From: Chiloscyllium plagiosum
Lineage: Eukaryota
Length of the DNA stretch: 64,000 nt
Direction of reading: 5' to 3'
Assembly: GCF_004010195.1 (NCBI RefSeq)
Contig: NC_057711.1
Location: 76,401,817-76,465,816 of the forward strand
Part shown: positions 13,230 to 25,281 of the stretch, piece by piece
How positions within the stretch are numbered: the stretch's first letter is position 1
Layout: each line of letters opens with the position of its first letter
The notes under the pieces: model-generated
Told to the model about the DNA's origin: nothing
Database searches by the model: none
Seen by the model: only the letters and a program-made list of their open reading frames with translations
Program-made: the position numbers and the translations under genes

Positions 13230-13319
13230 CTGAAGAAGGGCTTATGCCTGAAACGTCGATTCTCCTGTTCCCTGATGCTGCCTGACCTGCTGCGCTTTTC
13301 CAGCAACACATTTTCAGCT
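13230..13319 (+). mobile_element. Short Penelope-derived insertion starting at a hammerhead core, nested in CR1
   Basis: CTGAAGA-A-GGGC-TTAT-GCCT-GAAA-CG-TC..., flanked by direct repeat CTAATGGAATACTGA (13219-13233 and 13320-13334). Confidence 0.8.
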
Positions 13320-13738
13320 CTAATGGAATACTGACCTTCCTATCTAAATGGCTGGAGTATACATTTGTAGACGTGCTACAGTTAATCCAAACCCTAGTTT
13401 GACCTCACTTAGAGTACTGTGAGCAGATCCAGGCACCACACCTTGGGAAGGATGTTTTGGCCCTGGAAAGAGTTCAATGCAGGTTTACATGATAATTTGT
13501 AGACTTAAGAGGATAAGGTATGAGGAGAGATTAGACAAATTAAGTCTTCATTCTCTAGGATTTAGAAAGTTAAGGGATGATCTAATCAAGGTTTTCAAGT
13601 AGTTAACAGGGAAAAGCAGGATAGATAAAGATAGACTATTTCCACTAATTGAAGTTTCTAGAATCCCAGGGCATAGTCTAAGAATTAGGGCCATGCCATT
13701 CAGGAGGGATGTTATAAAGCACTTCTCCACACACATAT

Positions 13739-14037
13739 TAGATTACTTACTTACAGTGTAGAAACAGGCCCTTCGGCCCAACAAGTCCACACCAATCCTC
13801 CAAAGAGAAACCCACCCAGACCCATTCCCCTCCATTTACCCCTTCACCTAACACTACGGGCAATTTAGCATGGCCAATTCACCTAACCTGCACATCTTTG
13901 GACTGTGGGAGGAAATCAGAGCACCCAGAGGAAACCCACGCAAATGCGGGGAGAATGTGCAAACTCCACACACAGTTACCCAAGGCAGGAATTGAACCTG
14001 ATCTCTGGCACTGAGGCAGCAGTGCTAACCACTGTGC
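13739..14037 (-). mobile_element. HE1/V-SINE-like SINE nested in CR1
   Basis: Full-length reverse-complement copy. CACATAT flanks both sides (13732-13738, 14042-14048), a possible TSD. Confidence 0.92.
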
Positions 14038-14139
14038 TAATCACATATGGAAGTTTGGAACTTTTCCTCAAACAGTGGTGAATACTAATTCAATTGTTAA
14101 TTTTAAATCTGAGACAATTTTTAGAAAATAGGTTTATAG

Positions 14140-14740
14140 GATAAGGAGTAGGCAATTCAGCCCTTTGAGCCTGCTCTGCCATTCATTGTAGTCATAGCTC
14201 CTTTTTCCTCATCTTTTTTCCCTGTCAGCCAAATAGTTTTCTGTCCATCTCAATACACAATCCACATCTTACATGTTTTAATTTTACAAACTAATGTCTA
14301 TGTGAGATTTTTTTGAAAGTCTTCCAAAGTCAAAATAACTAATTAACTCGACTAGTCACACTCACTCTCAAAGAATTTCAGTAGACCTGTCAAGCAAGAT
14401 CTCCCTTTCGTAAATCTGTGCTGAATGCCTGATCCTGCCACTGTTTGCAGTGTGCTCAGCTATGAATTCTCTCACATTGGCCTCTAGCATTTTCACCGCT
14501 ACCCAACAGACTGATTTATAAATTCTGGTTTTCTCTCCCTGATCACTCCCCTTAAATACAGGAGTTACATTGGCTACCCTCCAATCTTCAGGAACAGTTC
14601 CAGATTGTTTAGAATCCTGAAAAATGACAGCCAAAGTATCCACTATTTCTAGGGCCACTTTCTTTAGTACTCTGGGTTAACAGATTAACATCCTGAAGTT
14701 TTACCTGTCTTCAATTCCATCAATTTCCCTAATACTATTT
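14140..14740 (-). mobile_element. CR1 LINE fragment
   Basis: ORF 14368-14658 reads ALEIVDTLAVIFQDSKQSGTVPEDWRVANVTPVFK, a CR1 RT N-terminal motif. Confidence 0.85.
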
Positions 14741-14749
14741 CCCATGGAA

Positions 14750-15920
14750 GAAATAGTTGTGAAGAGGGATTACATGCCAGAAAGATTGTGAAATGGCTCC
14801 ATGCTGGTTTAACTGAAGGTCAGGGAAAAGCGCACTAACTCTGAGGAGTAATATTAACTTCGAACAAGCCAGAGGGTGATACAAGAGCAAGTATGTGGGC
14901 AAATTTATGAAGTACAAAAATAATAGGACATTGATAATGGAGACTTATCATTTGCAAAATGAAAAACACCGCAGACATGATCTTTGAAAACAATAGTGCA
15001 AAATATTTGGTGAGATCAATTTGAGAGGAAATGTTAAGAGTCTATCTCATGTTAAATCACCAGATGTGGATGAAGTGTATCTGTTCTAAACAAAAAAAAA
15101 AGTGCAAGGGAGAAAATAGCTGACCATTTTACAATTGTCTCTAGTTATAGGTGTGATGTAAGATGAATGGTTATATTGGAAATTGTCTTTTTAACTATAA
15201 AAGGCTTGGATTGAATAATTACAAGTTAGTCAGTTCCACTGCAATAATGGGGAAAAAAAACTTGTCAGACAAATTTCTGAAGAACAGATTAACCATTCTT
15301 TGGAAAGGAATAGATTTAAATAAAAAAGGAATTCATCATGGATTTAAGAGAGTTGAGCTTACTAACACTGATTTTTTTTTTTTGAGGAATTAAATGAGGT
15401 TCAGGTAATTAGTAAAATATATGAAATAAGTTCCTTTATGAGCCAAGACAGATTCTAAGAGCAAAGAAGTTATGCTAGAACTGCATCCAGCTCTTTACCA
15501 GCTAGTTCTTCACACCACATTTAAGGAAGGATTGTAGTAGAAAGGATAGAGGAGAGGTTTGTGAGAATTTTGCCAAGACTGTAAAGCTATAGCTATGACG
15601 AAAGATTGGATTGGCTGTGTTATTTTCATTGGAAGTAAGAAGGCTGAGATGAGATTTAATGGTTCTGTATAAACTTATAAGGGATCCAGACAGTGTGTAT
15701 TGGATGGACTTGTTTACTTCAGCAGAAATGTTAATGATTAAGGGGTATAGATTTCAGGTAATTAATGGTATTGTTAGAGGTGAGTTGAGAGAGAGTGATA
15801 GGGATCTGGAACACTCTGCCTAAAAGGATATTAGAGACGACATTTATTGCATTAAAAAAAGTAAAAGCTGTTGAGGTATCATAACATACAAAGCAAGGCA
15901 AGAACTTGAAAATGGGTCTT
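14750..15920 (+). mobile_element. Heavily decayed CR1 LINE pieces
   Basis: NYKLVS and HHGFKR-like RT remnants; 3'-region motifs such as GAAGGCTGAGATGAGATTTAAT and TCTGGAACACTCTGCC. Confidence 0.6.
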
Positions 15921-15939
15921 GACGAGTTAGAAGCAGAAG

Positions 15940-16830
15940 AGCAGAAGAGATAGAAGCAAAAGTAGGCCATTCAGTCCATCAAGTCTGACCTGTTCAGTAA
16001 GAATGTGGCTGATCTAATAATCCTCAACTCCACCTTTCCTGCCTTTTCCCCCATAACCCTTGATTCCCTGACTGATTCTAAATCTGTCTCTTCTTGAATA
16101 TACTTAATGACCCAGGATCAATAGCCCTCTGTGGTAAAGAACTCCACAGATTCACATCCCTTTGGGAGAAGAAATTCCTCCTCATCTTGGTGTTAAATGT
16201 GTGACCCCTTCTGAGATTATGTTCTCTAGTCCTAGAAACACCCACAAGGGTAAATAACCTTTCCACATCTACCCTGTCATGTCCTGAATGTTTCGATAAG
16301 GTCACCCTCCATTCTTCCATATTAGTACAGACCCAATTTCATCAACCTCTCTTTGTAAGACAGTCCCTCCATATCTGGTATCAGCCTAATGAACCTTCTG
16401 TGTCTACAATGCCTTTTATCTTTCCTTAGATCAGGGGCCCACAACTGTTCACTGTACTCCTGTTATGTTCTGACTAGTACCTTTTATAGTTTTAGCAAAG
16501 CCTCCCTCCTTTATTACTCTAATCCCTTTCAACAGGGAAGTGATGGTCTAGTGGTATTATCGCTGGACTGTTAAGCCAGCAACGTTGATACTGCTCTGGG
16601 GACCTGGGTTCAAATCCTCCCATGACAGATGGTGGAATTTGAATTCAATTTTTTTCCAGGTTGGACCGAAGGATCTGTTCCCATGCTGTACATCTCTATG
16701 ACTCTAAAATAAAGGCCAGCATTCCAGTTGCCTTTCTATTTCCCATGGATTTTATGATTCATGGACAAGGACTCCCAAATCAATCTGTGCTGTAGGTCTC
16801 TAAATTTCACTACATTATACTCCACCTGCC
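15940..16830 (-). mobile_element. CR1 LINE 3' end
   Basis: ORF 16078-16320 reads DRVDVERLFTLVGVSRTREHNLR...MRRNFFSQRDVNLWSSLPQ, the CR1 ORF2 C-terminus. Confidence 0.88.
16535..16706 (+). mobile_element. tRNA-derived SINE head joined to a CR1 3' tail, nested in CR1
   Basis: Head (TGGTCTAGTGG...GGGTTCAAATCC) matches the 56049 family. 16658-16706 matches the CR1 tail at ~31860-31905. Confidence 0.65.
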
Positions 16831-17462
16831 AAACTCCTCTTTTAGTTGACACAGACATGGCAGGTTGAATATCCCCCTTTACCATGGGCTTCAATGATTT
16901 TATAATTCCAGGTCTTGCATATTTTACAAGAATCTGTCAAAGAAAACATCTTGATGCCATCATATTATGGGCATTTTAATGGTTACATATCATGGTAATT
17001 AAAATCAGAAGTTGTTCAATAAAACAAGGATTAAAATCCTATTTCACCAAGTAGTTCTCACCTGAGATTTCTGTTCCGTAACGATAACTTTCCTTGCTAT
17101 GGATAAGACTGTCAGATGCTCATTGGATTACATTGTTTAGCTAAGTTATTACTGTACACAAAATGTGCACACTGCTTTAAGTGAATTTCAGTTCCTGTTT
17201 CTGTGGGTTTGTGAAGAGGGTGCAATCCCTACACACTTTATATCAAAAGGCATCGTAGGGACTTCATACAGTGAAAGAAATTTAAACTTTATTTTTATCA
17301 TCAGTATTTTCCATTCTGAGTAGCAAATTTGAATGGTGTTCAAAACACGTTTTTCAGCAATATTCATTCAGAATTTTACAGATACATTTTCTATATAAAA
17401 TGTTTTTCTTGATTTTGAAAAATGAGAAATGAATTAAATTACATTAAAATTCTTTTGTTTAG

Positions 17463-17562
17463 GACCTTGTCATACTGAATGTAATAATGGTTGTGATGGA
17501 CCTGGGCCCCAACAATGCATTGATTGTTTGCATTACTTCCTCAAGTTTAAAAACAATACAAG
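17463..17562 (+). CDS. PCSK5: PCSK5-type exon (first furin-like Cys-rich repeat)
   Basis: Acceptor TTCTTTTGTTTAG, donor AG|GTAGGT, 100 nt. Encodes (G)PCHTECNNGCDGPGPQQCIDCLHYFLKFKNNT(R). Not in the ORF track; read by hand. Confidence 0.95.
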
Positions 17563-17789
17563 GTAGGTCAACTCAGTAGAAACGAGGGATAGAATTTTCT
17601 TATCCAAATGGAAAAGAAGTGTGGATGTATGAGAGGAAATTAATTACTAAAAGTGTCAACTTAGGAAGATAACTTTATCCCAATATATTCTCACTTTCAC
17701 CTGGATGGTTGGAAATTGAGTAGAGAAATCTCATGTAGCTGTTTAGCAAGACATTCAATAGCGTATGGAAGCACTGGGAGTTTAGTTGT

Positions 17790-18600
17790 GCATGCACAAT
17801 CAGACCGGAAAGGCCTTCTCCCCACCAACAGAGCTGCATCTTAGTGCTTGATTGTTCAAGTTATTTGGCAGACTACTTCATTGCCAGAAATTTCAAAGTG
17901 CTCAGAGAACAATCTGACAGTATCAACTGTCTCCTTTTCCTGCAAGGTATCAAAGATGTTATGTGCTGACCAATGCCTGATGGATATGGTCAAAGATATT
18001 TTTCAGTTGAAACCTTTCCATGAAAGATGGGTGACTTGTTACAGTCTTAATTCTTTGAAGCAATGAGGCCAGACCCATCCTCCACAAAACAGAGGACAGG
18101 TAGAACCTCAGTACATAGTGACACTTGGTGTTTGCACACTGAGGGCACACTCCCCAGTATGAGTCAGCCCCACACAGAGGTGGCCATGAGAATGAGGTTT
18201 GGGATAATTATCACTCCTCTAACCAGGGTTTTCTACATGGTATCCCTCAGATAAAGTAGAAGGTGACTGCTGTGACATAGGCTTGGGGAATAAGCTAGAC
18301 CTGCAGTATGCCTGATGACCAGGGTAATCGAGAAGGAATATTGTTGCCGCACACTTGGTTTCTGCATCCGTGTGGTGAATCACTTTCCCAGCTTTTAGTG
18401 CATGCTCTGGCCCTCTCTAAACCATAGTACCAGCATCTTCAGATAATCTGATCTGATTCTGAAGGACTTGAAGAATTGGTCAACCTCATTCTCAAAGAAG
18501 ACGGTCTCACTCTTGACCCTGTTTACCTTGACTCCCAAGGCCAGTTTGAACAAATCATAGATGCTCACAGGCCTGTACATTGATGGGAGTTGGACAGCAG
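17790..18600 (-). mobile_element. Decayed Tx1-like (L1-clade) non-LTR retrotransposon fragment
   Basis: ORF 18395-18580 reads SIYDLFKLALGVKVNRVKSETVFF...RSDYLKMLVLWF, resembling the Tx1 post-RT motif as recalled (F..ASGAKVN..KSE...YLKVLG.WF). Confidence 0.6.
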
Positions 18601-18839
18601 CTCCTCAGATCCCACAGTATCCCAGGTAAGAATGAAAGGCTGAGTGAGCAGATCAACTTTTCTATTACTATAGTTGCTGCTGTCTCAAAATCCCATTATC
18701 CGAAACCTTCCCCTTGACAGTATTGCTGCATCATCACTCCCCCTTTCCCGAATTTAGAGGGGAAACTCAAAAGTTTAAGCTGAGGCTCAGTTAAAGAGCA
18801 TCAGCAAAGCATTTAATTGTCTTCTCAACCTGGTTATTT

Positions 18840-19700
18840 TGGCAAGGAAGTGAGAAAACTGCCCTCAGTAATCAAGATGTGGTCTCAACAATGCCCTGTA
18901 TAATTGAATCATTATTTTTACAATTCCTCTCGTAATAAAATACAGTATTTCCATTAACTATCTTGATGACATTTTATACCTGCATATTGTGACTCATGCA
19001 TCAGAACACCGAGATCTCTCTGTGCCTCAGAATTCTGCAGTTCTCAATTTAAATAATATTTTTTCTGCCAAAGGGAACAACATCACTTTTTCTCACATTA
19101 TAGTCCATCTTCCAAATTTTGCACACTTACAACCTTTTTAAATCTGTCTGCATCTTCCTTATGTCACCTTCACAATGTACATTCCTACTCAACCTGAAGA
19201 TGACAAAGATTACCTCCCATACCTTAACTCTCATCCGTTGAAGCTGTTGATGTAAATTGTAAAAAGTCATCACATTTTGCCAATCAAAGACCCATTTATG
19301 CAGATCAGCCAGCCAATTGTCTATCTATGCTGATATATTACCCCTTATATTATGAGCTTTTAGTTCCACAATAATCTTTGATGTAGCACTTTATCAAATG
19401 GCTAATGGAAGTTGAAAAAAGAGAATGTCAACAGGCTCCACTTTGTCCACACTGCATGTTACTCCTTCAATTTTTAAAAACTTAACTTATTTTTTAATTA
19501 ACCTATTCAGCGATGTTATTGCACACCTCTGGAGCAGATGTGATTTGAACCCCAGCCTTCCAGTGTGTGCAGCAATGATTTTTTCGATTAATTCTAACAC
19601 CTTTTCCGTGACAGATATCAAGCTAACTTGCCAGTAGTTACTTGGTTTCTGCCCCCTTCTGCCTTGAATACCAAGAGTTTATATGTTACATTATGGTCTG
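18840..19700 (-). mobile_element. Decayed CR1-like LINE
   Basis: Reverse-strand RT-region remnants (TGTGGTCTCAACAATGCCCTGTAT, CACTTTATCAAATGGC, AAGCTAACTTGCCAGTAGTT). Confidence 0.65.
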
Positions 19701-19902
19701 TTTAAACTTCTCCTGAATCCAGGGACTTTGGACAATTAACACTGCTAATGAAGTAGCAGATGCATTAGTGATTGGTCTGGGATAAGTCATTTTTGAGGTT
19801 TGAATACTAAATAACATTTTTAAGAAATTTGTATGATATGCCTCTCTTGAGGAAAGGGTGAAGAATTCCAAGTCTAACATTGGTTATTTGCCATGAATGC
19901 AG

Positions 19903-20096
19903 AACCTGTGTTCCTGAATGCCCAAGCGGATTCTTTGGTGATGAGAAGAAACGTTGTAAAAAATGCTGGTCAATTTGTGATGTATGTGTAGGAAGCCGGA
20001 GTGACCAATGCACATCCTGTAAAAGTGGCTACCACTTGAATGAAGAGACTAATGTCTGTATACCTAATTGCTCAGATAGTTTCTACCTCGATAAAG
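19903..20096 (+). CDS. PCSK5: PCSK5-type exon (Cys-rich repeats)
   Basis: Acceptor ATGCAG with branch-like TCTAAC at ~19873, donor G|GTATGT, 194 nt. Encodes TCVPECPSGFFGDEKKRCKKCWSICDVCVGSRSDQCTSCKSGYHLNEETNVCIPNCSDSFYLDK. Confidence 0.95.
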
Positions 20097-21199
20097 GTAT
20101 GTTTTTTAAATACAAATTAGATTAAAGCAATAATTATATAAGATGATTGAATGGTGATTTCTACAGATTGTTGGAATTGATCAATACCTCTATGTTGATT
20201 CCAACTATGACTGCTTGAACAAACTGATATTGCTTCTTTTGTTGTTTCAGTGTAGAATCTCGAGTCTTGAACTATCAATGCTGTCTCCTTTTGAGCTATT
20301 AAGTCTCATGTTTAATTGCCTAACAATACATCTACTTCTAGACTCTCCTGTAGCCTTTTGATTCTCTTATCTTTTTATTGTTAATCAAAATATTTTTGGT
20401 GAGAGTTCTTCATTGGCTTCCCTGACTGCTGTTATGAATATCTGATTTCATAAGTGATACATTTTAGGAAATAACTTTTAATTTAGAAATTTAATTTTAA
20501 ATGGAAACACTTGATTGAGAAACTGGTAAACAAAACTCTGGTAACTAAAATTCAAATGATTACTCATTTATTTTAAGATTGCTTAAAAAAAATATGCTGA
20601 TCCATCTCTCAGCTCTTTTGGAGAGAGGATGTGTATAATTATTTCAATAAGGAATTTAAAGTATTAATATAGTAACCAGATCAAATCAGCAAATAATCAA
20701 TTTGTAAACAAATTTTCTGGGCAGAACTAGTAAGTCTGGTGAGAGAGCTTGAATTTCCATTAGAAATATAAACCTTTGATGTGAGTCTCAAAATCAAATG
20801 TTGTTTTGAAGATGGTGCATAATTAGTTTAATTTTGTGTTTGGAACATCCCTGGTAAGCTACATTGCTATAGGTTGCAGGGAACTACCATTTTGTGTGGT
20901 CTCTGTTGTATGTTTTTCCCACTGAAATAAGAGGTGTGCCAACTTAGAAGATTGAGAGAAAGCTCACAGCATTAATTTTTAAAGGCCAAGAGAACACAGT
21001 TGTGTATCCACCATCATCTAGAACAAGGAGCATAAAAACCATGAGGGATTATTGGTGTTGCTGTACTGAGGTCACTAAACAGGAATAGCAAGTGAGCCAA
21101 AGTTTGGAATAAAAAGTCCAAGTGCATGACAAATTACATTTACTAAATTTACCTTGCAATATTAGAAGAGATCAGCAAAAGAATCTAAGGAATTTGGTG

Positions 21200-21860
21200 T
21201 CCTTGTTAAGACACTGAAGGTTAACGTGGAGGTGCAGCAAACTATTAGGAAGACTGATGGAATATAAGCCTGTAATTGAAGAGGATTTACAAACAGGAGA
21301 AATGAAGTCTTGCTTCACCTATATTGGAGCTTGGGTTAGACCACAACTGGAATACTGTGTGCAGTCTCCTTATTTCAGAAATGATATTATAATCATCAGG
21401 GAATGCAGTGAAGGCTTACCAAGTTTGTTCAGTGGAAAGCAAGATTGCCCATTGAAGAGAGACTGACCAAACTGGGCCTGCATTCTTTAGAGTTTCAAAG
21501 AGTGAGAGATGGTCTCATTGAAACTTACAAAATACCTAAAGGGATGAACAGGGTTAATGTAGGTAAGATGTTTTCCTTGATTGGGAAGTCCAGCACCAGG
21601 GACATAATTTAAAAGTAAGGGGATGCCACTTAGGCTTGCAATGAGGAAACTTTTCTTTCCCAGAGGGTTGTGAACCTTTGGAGTTTTCTAACACCGAGGA
21701 CTGTGGAAGCTCTGTCTTTGAGTATGTTTAAAGTCAAGATTGACTGTTTTCTGATGATTAGTAATCTACAGGGTCATGACGATTAGAGTGGGGGCAGAAA
21801 ATGGAATTGAATAGCAGAGTAGACTTGACAGACTTAATGGTTTGGTCCAGTTCCCAAGGT
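21200..21860 (+). mobile_element. CR1 LINE 3' end
   Basis: VRPQLEYCVQ motif (ORF 21257-21466) and typical CR1 3' sequence. Confidence 0.85.
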
Positions 21861-22614
21861 CTGAGAAAATTAACTTTGGAAATCTAAGAAAGATACTGGG
21901 CCACTGAGGAGAATTAAAGCGAATCCTTAAGGGCTCTCCCATGCACCTTGGCTGGTAACAGGAAAAAAATGAAAGAACCTTCAAGATTCTGGAAGGTTTT
22001 AAAGAACTCTTGGGGGCAATCAAAGTTTTGCTGGAGAATACTCTGAACCAAAGTGCAAACAGAATTAGAAGCATTGTGGTCTTCCACCTTCCTTGCCAGT
22101 GTGTTTTCTGAGTTTCCCAAGTGTGCAGTCAGATAACTAATATTTGAGTTAAAATGTTCCGACATGAAGGTAAATGAAGTGATCCAAACACACAAGCCAA
22201 TTCACTTTTCCTATGCTTAGAAGTGAGTGTTCCCACAATACTTGGGGCTCATGCTGAAATGGTCTGGATCATTCCTGCTGTGTATCCAATAGGAAAGTAA
22301 AATCCCTTCTGTGAATTGTTAGTGCAATGAAGTTTCTGAAACACTTTGCCAACCATTGCTTCTCTATATTACAAGACAGGAAACCTATTTGTTTAGGGAA
22401 AGATATTTATTTACCTTGCAAAATTTTGCAAGAGATTTAATGTGCACGTGTGGTTAACAGTTTTCTTGGAAGACTATTCAACAAGTGGTGGTATGTTTTC
22501 AGGTGCGTCAATCAGTAAGTAGCTTTTGCACCAGTGTCTTATAAATTTTTCTTCCCATTCCCCTACTGCAGATCAGACTTCTGTCTTACCTTGTGTATTT
22601 CTGTTTTCTTCCAG

Positions 22615-22699
22615 GTGATAATATGTGTAAAAGATGTAGTGAGAACTGCAGGAAATGTAGTGCATTCCACCATTGTACAGATTGTAGACCAGGATGGAG
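22615..22699 (+). CDS. PCSK5: PCSK5-type exon (Cys-rich repeats)
   Basis: Acceptor TTTTCTTCCAG, donor AG|GTAAGA, 85 nt. Encodes (G)DNMCKRCSENCRKCSAFHHCTDCRPGW(R). Confidence 0.95.
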
Positions 22700-23505
22700 G
22701 TAAGAATGTTGTTTGGCTCCTTCTTGTCACAAAAGAAAACAATAAGTTTATGTATAAAAAAAATTAGAGACTCCCTGTTCTTGTATAAAGTTCCAAAGTA
22801 TTGTCTAGTCCTGTTTTCGGAATTTGACAGTGAAATGTAATTTTTGCTGGTATTAAGCAAATCTTTAGATTTCTAAACATTTTTTTGCATTTAATCATTT
22901 AAAATCAGATTTGTCATACTTGCCCCAAGTATAATTTATTCAGAGGCTCAGTTGAAGTTCTAAAATTGATTCTCCAATATCCTTCTATTGATTACTTACA
23001 TTGTCAACGGCTTACTTGGTAAATTGCAGTGTTATTTGCCCAGGATAATCTTAAGACTTTCACCTAGGTGATCTACCCTGGATGATGGTAAAGATAGTAT
23101 ATTTGACCTCAGCACCTTGAATAATCTGCAAGTCATCCACTTGTAACCACGTGTATAAAATACATTAGCACAGCTGTAAATAAGGCACTCTGTTTCACTT
23201 TCTTTCATTTGCTTGCCTGCTCCTTCCATAGTCAGATGAGTTGTTATGTTCCAAATTGAATATGGCTAAGATAGCCAAGTTGCTAACACATGTCAAATTT
23301 AGCTCTTTAACGTCCAAAGACAAACATTCCACTGCATTGTTTTAGGTTAAACAATCACTTTTTTAAAAACTTCAGAAATTTACGGTACAGAAACAGGCCA
23401 TTTAGCACATGATGTTTGTGTGAATTTTTCTAATGGAAACACAACCATTAATGGCAATATCTTTCTCTCTGTCCAGAGCACTGTAATTTTCTCCATTTCA
23501 AATGT

Positions 23506-23802
23506 TGGCTCAGTGGTTAGTACTACCTCTTGGCAGGGCCAAGGAATCAGGTTCAATCCCAACTTAGGGGGACTGCCTGTGAAGTTTGCACATTCATCCT
23601 GCACCTCCGTGGGTTTGCTCTGAGTGCTCCGGTTTCTTCCCCCAGTTCAAAAAGTGCAGGTTAGGTGGATTAGCCATGGCAAATGCAGGGTTACAGGATT
23701 AGGGTTGGCGGGATGTCAGCCTGCATGGCATGCTCTTCAGAATGTCAGTGTGGACTTGATGGGCTGAATAGCCTGCATCTGCACTGTAGGGATTCTATGA
23801 TT
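23506..23802 (+). mobile_element. HE1/V-SINE-like SINE
   Basis: TGGCTCAGTGGTTAG head, GGTTCAATCCC B-box, GTGCAGGTTAGGTGGATT core, CTGTAGGGATTCTATGA tail. Confidence 0.88.
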
Positions 23803-24049
23803 TCTGAATCTCCAATTTGGTTATTGCCTATGGCACAGATCTCCATCTAATAGTTGGTTCTGACTAAGATAACAACAAGTCTCTTCTTTCTCTCTTTTTT
23901 TTCTGTTTTAACTTTATTGCTCCAGAAAGAGTTGGTGATTTCTAATAATGTCATTTAACTTTTATAGGAAGTCATCTTTTAGATCTCCGATGTTATATAT
24001 GTTATCAGACCATTGTTTTTCAGTGATGTATTTTTCCTTTTCCTTACAG

Positions 24050-24153
24050 ATTGCAAGGTCAAAAGTGTGTTTTCAGTTGTGAAGCTGGAACTTACTTTAA
24101 TTCACTGAGCAGGGAGTGTGAAAAATGTCATGTATCCTGTGCAACATGTGCAG
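24050..24153 (+). CDS. PCSK5: PCSK5-type exon (Cys-rich repeats)
   Basis: Acceptor TTTTCCTTACAG, donor CAG|GTAACT, 104 nt. Encodes LQGQKCVFSCEAGTYFNSLSRECEKCHVSCATCA(G). Confidence 0.95.
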
Positions 24154-24179
24154 GTAACTTTGCTATTTAAGCCATCTTT

Positions 24180-24663
24180 TTTGTTGTGAAACATAGAACA
24201 TGAGAGCAGGAGCCAGCCATTTTTCTCTTTGAGCCTGATCCGCCATTCAATATAAGCATGATCCCTTTAGCCCTAAAAACTACATCTGATTTGCCTTGAC
24301 CACATTCAATGATTGGCCTGAACCCATTCCTACAGCTGAGCATTCCACAGACCCATATTCTTAAACTGTGCTCCACTGTTCTGGACTCCTTGTTATCAAC
24401 GAACATGTTTCTTGCATTTACCCTGCCTAGTCCTGTTGGAAGTTTGTAGGTTTCTGAGAGTCCTCTAATTCTTCTATACTCCAGTGAATATAGATCTTGC
24501 TGATCCAGTCTCTCTTCATACATCAGTCTGATAAAGCTTAGCTGCACTCTCTCCATAGCCAGAACATCCTTCCTCAGATACGGAGATGAAAACTGCACAC
24601 AATACTCCAGGTATGGTCTCACCAAGGCACTGTATGATTGCAGCAAGACATATCTAGTCCTGT
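24180..24663 (-). mobile_element. CR1 LINE 3' end (continues at 24982-25058 after an insertion)
   Basis: ORF 24167-24646 reads LQSYSALVRPYLEYCVQFSSPYLRKDVLAMERVQ. Confidence 0.9.
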
Positions 24664-24981
24664 AGGTGAAAGTGAGGACTGTAAATGCTGGAGATTAGAG
24701 TCGAGTGTGTGGTGCTAGAACATGGACATGAAACAGGTGGTGAAGAAGTCAAATGCTATATTGGTCTTTATAGTGAGATTGGAGCACAGGACTAGGTATG
24801 AGAGTGTGGTGCTCGAAAAGCACAACAGGTCGGGAAGCATCCGAGGAGCAGGAGAGTTGACGTTTCCTGATGTTTCTTCAGAAAAACCCTTCAGATGAAG
24901 GATTTTTACCCAAAACATTAGACTCTCCTGTTCCTCAGTTGCTGCCTGACCTGTTGTGGTTTTCGAGCACCACACTCTCAT
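24664..24981. mobile_element. Fold-back Penelope-derived insertion in CR1, containing an inverted copy of flanking CR1 DNA
   Basis: CTAGTCCTGT flanks both sides. Arms match the 13230 family. Minus strand 24859-24881 reads CUGAAGA-AACAUCAG-GAAA-CG-UC. Confidence 0.7.
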
Positions 24982-25244
24982 ACCTAGTCCTGTGCTCCAA
25001 TCTCACTATAAAGACCAATATACCATTTGACTTGTTTGCCACCTGTTTCATGTCCATGAGATTAGCTTGTGGGGTGAACATGGCAGGCTGGAGAAAAATT
25101 TTTATTTGACTAACTAATTGCCAAAGACTTTTTGTCATTTTTGGCGATCTAAATTGGACCATTTACTTAGTGTAGGTATGCAAGTACAGTATTTTTCCGT
25201 CAAATGAATACCTTTTAAATTTAGCAAAAAGATGTATGTGTGTG

Positions 25245-25281
25245 ATATTATATTATATTATATTATATTATATTATATTAT
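25245..25281. repeat. (ATATT)n microsatellite
   Basis: About 7 perfect pentamer units. Confidence 0.95.

Larger units (their letters stand above)
9520..14130 (+). mobile_element. Near full-length decayed CR1 LINE (ORF1 esterase-like, ORF2 APE plus RT)
   Basis: ~10390 reads VMIRNSVVSGTDRFFCGLKRDSRSVCCLPG (CR1 ORF1 SGNH-esterase-like). Endonuclease pieces LWVELRNSKGNKTVIGVIY and TRGQTILDLVMNN. RT pieces NYRPVSL and KFADETKLG. Many stops and frameshifts. Confidence 0.88.

Noticed and set aside
9520..14130. CR1 ORFs as functional genes
   Set aside because: Fragmented by many stops, frameshifts and nested insertions.
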